A stretch of 64,000 nucleotides of DNA from an uncultured Holophagales bacterium (GTDB lineage Bacteria > Acidobacteriota > Thermoanaerobaculia > Multivoradales > UBA5704), in NCBI GenBank assembly GCA_963842525.1, contig CAWJGT010000024.1, positions 128,001-192,000 of the forward strand, written 5' to 3'. Made by a program: the position numbers and the translations under genes. Below the pieces are notes generated by a model, which saw only the letters and a list, made by a program, of their open reading frames with translations, had not been told where the DNA came from and ran no database searches. Shown here in pieces: positions 58,324-64,000 of this stretch (the stretch's first letter is position 1; every line of letters starts with the position of its first letter).

Positions 58324-60990
58324 ATGACCGTTGCGACCACCGACACCGTGCGCCTCCGCCTCTTCCTCATCGACGGCTACTCCAACATCTTCCGGGCCTT
58401 CTACGCGATCCGCAACCTGTCGAGCTCGAAGGGGGAGCCGACCAACGCCGTCTATGGCTTCATCACCATGCTGCGCAAGCTTTTGCGCGAGGACAAGCCG
58501 GACCTGTTGGGCGTGGCGCTCGACGTAGGCAAGACCTTCCGCAACGAGAAGTTCGAGGACTACAAGGCGAACCGGGCGCCCATGCCGGAAGACCTCGCCT
58601 CCCAGATGCCTTACATCCGCCGGACCCTGGAGGCATATCGCATCCCGGTCCTGGAGCTGCAGGGCTTTGAAGCGGACGACGTCCTGGGCTCCCTCGCCTG
58701 CCGGGCGGCCCAGGAGGGCTACGAGGTCGTCCTGGTCTCGGCCGACAAGGACCTGATGCAGCTCGTCGCGCCCCACGTCTCCCTCTACCACACCGGCCGC
58801 AACAAGCTGTACGGCCCCGCCGAGGTGGAGGAGGACTTCGGCGTGCTCCCGGAAAAGGTGGTCGACGTCCTCGGCCTGATGGGTGACTCGATCGACAACA
58901 TCCCTGGTGTGCCCGGGATCGGCGAAAAGGGTGCCAAGTCGCTGATCAAGGAGTACGGCTCGCTCGAAGAGCTGCTCGCCCGCGCCGGAGAGGTCACCCG
59001 CAAGGCGTACCGTGAAGGCCTCCAGCAGCACGCCGAGCAGGCCCGGCTGTCCAGGGAGCTGTCGACGATCCATGTCGACTGCGACATCCCGCTCGAACCG
59101 GACAAGCTCCGGATCCAGGCACCGGACCCCGAGGCGCTCCGCAAGCTCTTCACCGAGCTGGAATTCTTCTCCCTGGTCGAGGAGCTGAAGTCGACCGCGA
59201 CGGAACAGGCCGAGGCGCTCCCGGCCGCTGAAGAGGTGTCGACTCCGAAGGATTGGGAGATGAGGACTGCTGCGCTTCTTCCGGACGGTCAAGGCGAAAT
59301 CTATGCCGCGGTGCTCGGCGAGGACCGGCCGCTCGGGCTGGCCGCGGGTGGGCCGGACGCCACGGGTCCGGTCCTCTATGCCGACTTCCGGCGCGACGGC
59401 ATGAGGGACGCTGCCCTGGCGAGCCTCGCCCGCTGGATCGAGGACCCGCGGGTCCTCGTGTCCGGCCACAACCTGAAGGAGCTGCTCCGGCTCTGCGCCG
59501 ACGGTGCCCGCTGCCGCGCCGCCCTGGCCGACGCCATGCTTGTCTCCTACCTCCTCAAGCCGTCCATCCACGGCCATACGCTCGACGAGATGGCCCTGGA
59601 GCGGCTGGGCCGCAAGGCCATCACCGCCAAGGAGGCGGGCTGGGACAAGAGGCAGGAGCCGCCGGTCGGGGACTCGCGTCTCGCCGCCTACGCCGGGGAG
59701 CGGATCTGGCTGGCCCGCCAGATGTCCGCGGCGATCCGCAGCGAGCTGGAGGCGGGCAAGCTCGCCGCGGTCTACCGGGAGATCGAGGCGCCGCTGGTGC
59801 CGGTGCTCCTCGGCATGGAGGAGGCCGGCATCCTCCTGGACGTGGACTTCCTGCGGCAGATGTCGCATGAGCTGGGCAAGGAGATCGCGGACCTGGAGGA
59901 GGAGATCTACAAGCAGGCCGGCGAGCGGTTCAACATCAATTCGCCGCAGCAGCTCGGGTTCATCCTCTTTGAAAAGATGCAGCTCCCGGTCCTGAAGCGG
60001 ACCCAGAAGACCAAGAGCTATTCGACCGGGGCGGAGACGTTGGAGGAGCTGGCGGGCCGCGGCTTTCCGATCGCGGAGCTGCTGATGCGCTACCGCGAGC
60101 TGACCAAGCTCAAGTCGACCTACATCGACGCCCTGCCCGAGCTGGTCGGGCCGGACGGCCGGCTCCACACCCGCTTCAACCAGGCGGTGGCGGCCACCGG
60201 GCGGCTCTCCTCGGTGAACCCGAACCTGCAGAACATTCCGATCCGGACGGAGGTGGGGCAGCGCATCCGGAAGGCCTTCATCACGGGGCCGGGCTATCTC
60301 CTGCTGGTGGCCGACTACAGCCAGATCGAGCTGCGGGTCCTCGCCCACATCGCGGACGAGACGACCCTGATCGACGCCTTCTCCCGCGGGGAGGACATCC
60401 ACCGTTCGACCGCGGCGACGGTCTTCAACATCGCTCCCGATCTGGTGACGGTCGAGCAGCGGCGGGCCGCGAAGACGATCAACTTCGGCATCCTCTACGG
60501 CATGAGCGCCTTCGGCCTGGGCCAGGCGCTCCACATCCCGCAGAAGGAGGCGGACAAGTTCATCAAGGCCTACCTTGACCAGTTCCCGGGCGTGCGGCAG
60601 TACGTGGAGGACACCCAGAAGAGTGCCGAAAAAGAGGGGAAGGTCGAGACCCTCTATGGCCGCGTCCGCTGGTTGCCGGACATCCAGAGCAAGAACTGGA
60701 ACCTGCGCGAGAACGCCCGCCGCATGGCCATCAATGCCCGCATCCAGGGCACCGCTGCCGATCTCCTGAAGAAAGCCATGATCGCGATCGACCGCAGGCT
60801 ACGCGAGGAGCATCCCGATGCGAGGCTCCTCCTGACCGTCCACGACGAGCTGGTCTTCGAGGTCCCGGAAGGCCAAGTCGAGCCGGTTGCGAAGCTCGTC
60901 AAGGAGGAGATGGAGGGGGTGGCGGAGCTGAAGGTGCCGTTGGTCGTGGATACCGGGTGGGGGAAGAGTTGGTACGACGCGAAGGGATAG
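58324..60990 (+). CDS. polA: DNA polymerase I
   Basis: 5'-3' exonuclease LIDG, EADD, GDSIDNIPG; polymerase DYSQIELR, RRAAKTINFGILYG, VHDE. Confidence 0.97.
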   Translation: MTVATTDTVRLRLFLIDGYSNIFRAFYAIRNLSSSKGEPTNAVYGFITMLRKLLREDKPDLLGVALDVGKTFRNEKFEDYKANRAPMPEDLASQMPYIRRTLEAYRIPVLELQGFEADDVLGSLACRAAQEGYEVVLVSADKDLMQLVAPHVSLYHTGRNKLYGPAEVEEDFGVLPEKVVDVLGLMGDSIDNIPGVPGIGEKGAKSLIKEYGSLEELLARAGEVTRKAYREGLQQHAEQARLSRELSTIHVDCDIPLEPDKLRIQAPDPEALRKLFTELEFFSLVEELKSTATEQAEALPAAEEVSTPKDWEMRTAALLPDGQGEIYAAVLGEDRPLGLAAGGPDATGPVLYADFRRDGMRDAALASLARWIEDPRVLVSGHNLKELLRLCADGARCRAALADAMLVSYLLKPSIHGHTLDEMALERLGRKAITAKEAGWDKRQEPPVGDSRLAAYAGERIWLARQMSAAIRSELEAGKLAAVYREIEAPLVPVLLGMEEAGILLDVDFLRQMSHELGKEIADLEEEIYKQAGERFNINSPQQLGFILFEKMQLPVLKRTQKTKSYSTGAETLEELAGRGFPIAELLMRYRELTKLKSTYIDALPELVGPDGRLHTRFNQAVAATGRLSSVNPNLQNIPIRTEVGQRIRKAFITGPGYLLLVADYSQIELRVLAHIADETTLIDAFSRGEDIHRSTAATVFNIAPDLVTVEQRRAAKTINFGILYGMSAFGLGQALHIPQKEADKFIKAYLDQFPGVRQYVEDTQKSAEKEGKVETLYGRVRWLPDIQSKNWNLRENARRMAINARIQGTAADLLKKAMIAIDRRLREEHPDARLLLTVHDELVFEVPEGQVEPVAKLVKEEMEGVAELKVPLVVDTGWGKSWYDAKG

Positions 60991-61323
60991 GCCTCCAGGG
61001 TGGCGGCGGCGCGTCATCAGCCTGCCGAGGTGAGTCTCCGGCCTAGCGAGGCCCTCCACTCGTCTAATGAGGCCGCGATGCTCGAGACGGTAGCATTCGC
61101 GCCGACGGGGTGTACCGGGCAGGAGCTTTAGCGGTATAATGTCGGCTTCTGGAGAAAATCCTATGGGCACAACTTCTGCCATTCAACATAGAGAAAGTGG
61201 GAGGACCGCAAGCAGGGAGTCACACACGAGTCGGTCCCCGAGGAACCCCTTTGGGGGAATTCTGCTCAGGTTTTCAGGCACGAAGCTAGGCACAATGACC
61301 GAAGTCTCAAACCCGGCAAAGAA

Positions 61324-63417
61324 ATGACTCTCCTACCAGGCATAGCCCGATCGATCTTCGAGTTTGAAGAGAATCCGTTCCGATTGGAATCTGTCTGCAT
61401 CGAACTATACAGGGCTGCTCAGGGCATCGAATTAGTACCTACGTCTAGAACATGGGACCTGGCCCGAGACGCTAAATCGATCTCGATCCTCCAACCCGGG
61501 AAGGAGATCCCCGGCGTTTTGTGCGTTAGCCTTTCCGCAAAAGTGGATGCGAAGGTTGAAGCTGATGTGCGGCGGCTTGCAGAAACCACTGTAACTAAGG
61601 CCATTGTCTTCTGCTCCTCGCGCCCACTGACTGAGCATGCCTGCGATGAGATTGAGGCTCAGATCAGGAATCTTTATGCCCGAGCAGAAGCAGTCGTAGT
61701 TCTTGGGCAGGAGCAACTCGCTGCACTGGCGGAGCGCTATCCCGAGATCGCCGAAAGGTACTACCTAGCCGAGATCAATAATATAAAAAGTGCACTACTG
61801 TCAACGCCTTCCACGGTCTCCGACCCGGAGCACATAGGCCTACGCCTTGCCCTTATTACCCAAACCGGTGAAGATGCACGTGAACTCAGAAGCGAACTAA
61901 CAAAGCGCCTCCTCTTAGAGGCGTTGGCGACTGAGTCAGCTCTCAGTCCCAGCCAACTCGCAAACAAGATCTCTGCCCAGTTGCATCTGAGTAGGTCACT
62001 CCCGGATGCGTATGCCAGAGAAACTATATTCCAGCTTCAGTCAAGCGGCTTGGTGAAGATCAACGACAATCTCGCTACTCTTACTAATGAAGGGCGAAGC
62101 TTCATAGATGAAATACCTCCTCAGGCAAGCAACAAACTACTCGAGGGGCGGGCGGCGATTCGAAATGCAATAAAGGTGCTTTCTGGTCACGCGATGGCTG
62201 ACGCGCACTACAGTCGTGTATGGAACACTCTTCAAGATGGACTTGCTGAGTTGTTCTATACGCATGGCCTCTCAATTGCGAAGATGGTCGGGGCGCTAGT
62301 GGGCGGGCATCGACAAAGACCAGACGCTAGGGAGAGGATGTTGTTTGAGAGGCTTGGAGACAAAGTGCTCCCTCTCTTTTCGGAACGATCTCAGGGAGCA
62401 GATGTGCGGCAGGCTATTATCGATATGTTCTCCGAGCGGAGCACGGGCGCTTTTGAATGGTTGTCGCAAATGTGCATTGTTTATCTGATGATGTGCTCGC
62501 TCGGCTTCGAAAGCTTGAGTGGTCGAGAGATTACCGCAGCACTTAGAGCCTTTCGCCTAACAATTGATACAGACATAGTTCTTTCATTTCTGTGCCGCGG
62601 CGAAGATAACCACGACGAGGTCCACCGACTCGTGAACGGCTGGAAGGCGCTGGGAGGTAGGCTTTTGGTGGCAATCCCGTCACTTGAGGAGCTTGCTTAT
62701 CATGCCTGGATTGCTGAAAACGATTTCCATGCTGTAAGCCAGCAGCTTTCGAAGATGACCGATGAGGATGCCAGGCACCTCGTAGGAAATGTATTCGTTC
62801 GTTCTTTCCGAAAGCTTGCAGAAGGAAGTTCTCGTCGAGATCTCTGGAATAGATACATCAATGAGTACAGAGGGCACTCAGAGTGGGACTATGGTCGGGT
62901 ATCCAATCTCCTGCGAGACGAGTATGGCATCGACATGCTGGCAGCCGCGCCCCAGGAGTACGATGATTTTGCGCATCGCGTTGCAGTCTTTCTGGAGAAG
63001 CGCGTTCGTGAAGCGCTCGGAGGTAGAGCAGAGGAACTTGATTTCCGGGCTAAAGACAAGTGCCGCCGGGACGGCCAATTGCTGGCTGCTGTGAGTGCCG
63101 CTCGACGCTCAATGAGAGGTATGTCACTTGATAGTTCGGTCATGATACTTTCGTCAGCTCGGCGTCTGCGAGAAGCCGATGATTTCTTTAAAAATGAACT
63201 CGGCGAGCCGGACGCGGTGATTCATCCAGCCGCCCTCAGTTGTCTCTTGACCTTGGTCCCGGGTGTCGAAATGGGCCTGGGCACATTGAGGGGAGTGCTC
63301 TTTGATGCTGCCCTGGGTGCACGCTTTTCAAACATGGAACGCTTCGTATACAGGCTCTTGGCTTCATCAGAACAATATGCTCTTCCCTTGTCCCGCCGTA
63401 TCTGTTTACCGCCCTAG
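61324..63417 (+). pseudogene. Low-GC putative defence protein (REase-like + wHTH + PIN-like), truncated by IS insertion
   Basis: Markedly lower GC; WDLARDA..S...K...D N-terminus, wHTH segment, IDTDIVLS..EEL PIN-like motif; the last codons read into the IS end. Confidence 0.5.
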
Positions 63418-64000
63418 TGCCGCCTTCCCCGAGCGGTGGCACGTCCGCAAGGGCTTGAAGTTCTCTTCTCGGCATGGTCTAATGTCTTTCAGGCATGCCG
63501 ACTTACGAGGAACTCCTTCAAGAGAACTCTGAGCTTCGCCAAGACAACGGTGAGCTTCGCCAGCGGGTGGAGGAGCAGGAGCGCCAGATTGCGCACCTGA
63601 AGCGCCGAATCGTCGATCTGGAGAAACTTGTCGAGGAGCTACGGCGCCGGGGCAAACGCCAGGCTGCCCCCTTCTCGAAGGGAGATCCGAGCGAGGATCC
63701 CAAGTCTCCAGGGCGCAAAGCCGGGGATCAATATGGTCAGCAAGCGACTCGAGCTGTGCCCGATCACGTCGACGAAACCATCGTGGTGGAGTGCCCGCTG
63801 TATTGTGAGCACTGTGGGGGTCAGGTCATTCCGCAGGGCGAAGCTCGCCAGTATCAGACCGATCTGCCGCCGATTCGGCCGGTGACGACGGAGTTCATCC
63901 TCCATTATGGGAAGTGCTCGGCATGTGGCCGGGAAGCTGTGGGGCGTCACCCGCGCCAGACTTCCCAGGCGTTCCGGGTCGGCAACGTGCAACTCGGTCC
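63398..64000 (+). mobile_element. IS66-family insertion sequence (single-ORF ISBst12-like), left part
   Basis: End begins GTATCTGTTTAC; followed by a transposase ORF. Confidence 0.75.
63495..64000 (+). CDS. IS66-family transposase (partial, runs off the window)
   Basis: MPTYEELL.. coiled coil, KRQAAPFSKG, PGRKAG, CEHCG...CSACG zinc finger, QTDLPP. Confidence 0.85.
   Translation, partial: MPTYEELLQENSELRQDNGELRQRVEEQERQIAHLKRRIVDLEKLVEELRRRGKRQAAPFSKGDPSEDPKSPGRKAGDQYGQQATRAVPDHVDETIVVECPLYCEHCGGQVIPQGEARQYQTDLPPIRPVTTEFILHYGKCSACGREAVGRHPRQTSQAFRVGNVQLG

Noticed and set aside
1-64000. A complete DGR cassette in the window
   Set aside because: I saw no reverse transcriptase, Avd-like gene or AAC-rich template repeat; only target-like genes are present.

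Overview
High-GC bacterial chromosome segment, most likely Acidobacteriota (class Thermoanaerobaculia). This taxonomy is inferred from gene content and a lineage-typical repeated C-terminal domain. A housekeeping backbone (rpsU, slt, tRNA-CAT, yggS, DivIVA, hutI, argR, fadJ, ileS, PMM/PGM, polA) is interrupted by accessory blocks: (1) 73-7451, an operon of four tandem secreted trypsin-like pseudo-protease/FGE-sulfatase (C-type-lectin fold) paralogs plus two unknown genes, with C-termini that look like diversity-generating retroelement (DGR) variable regions although no RT or template repeat is visible; (2) 30654-36665, three tandem secreted paralogs with a duplicated uncharacterised C-terminal domain; (3) 41866-46085, a split VioB/RebD-like gene plus a ferritin-like gene plus a possible VioE-like lipoprotein, with no tryptophan oxidase; (4) 52387-58492, a ~5.8 kb cargo block flanked by a duplicated polA 5' end; (5) a low-GC putative defence gene interrupted by an IS66-family element at the window end. 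There are five toxin-antitoxin-like pairs (two with a destroyed toxin), several 5' gene fragments, REP-like palindromes and two ~21-bp tandem repeat tracts. Many single-base frameshifts, including in the essential gene ileS, point to long-read indel errors, so individual pseudogene calls need caution. All family assignments come from motif recognition by eye; no searches were run.
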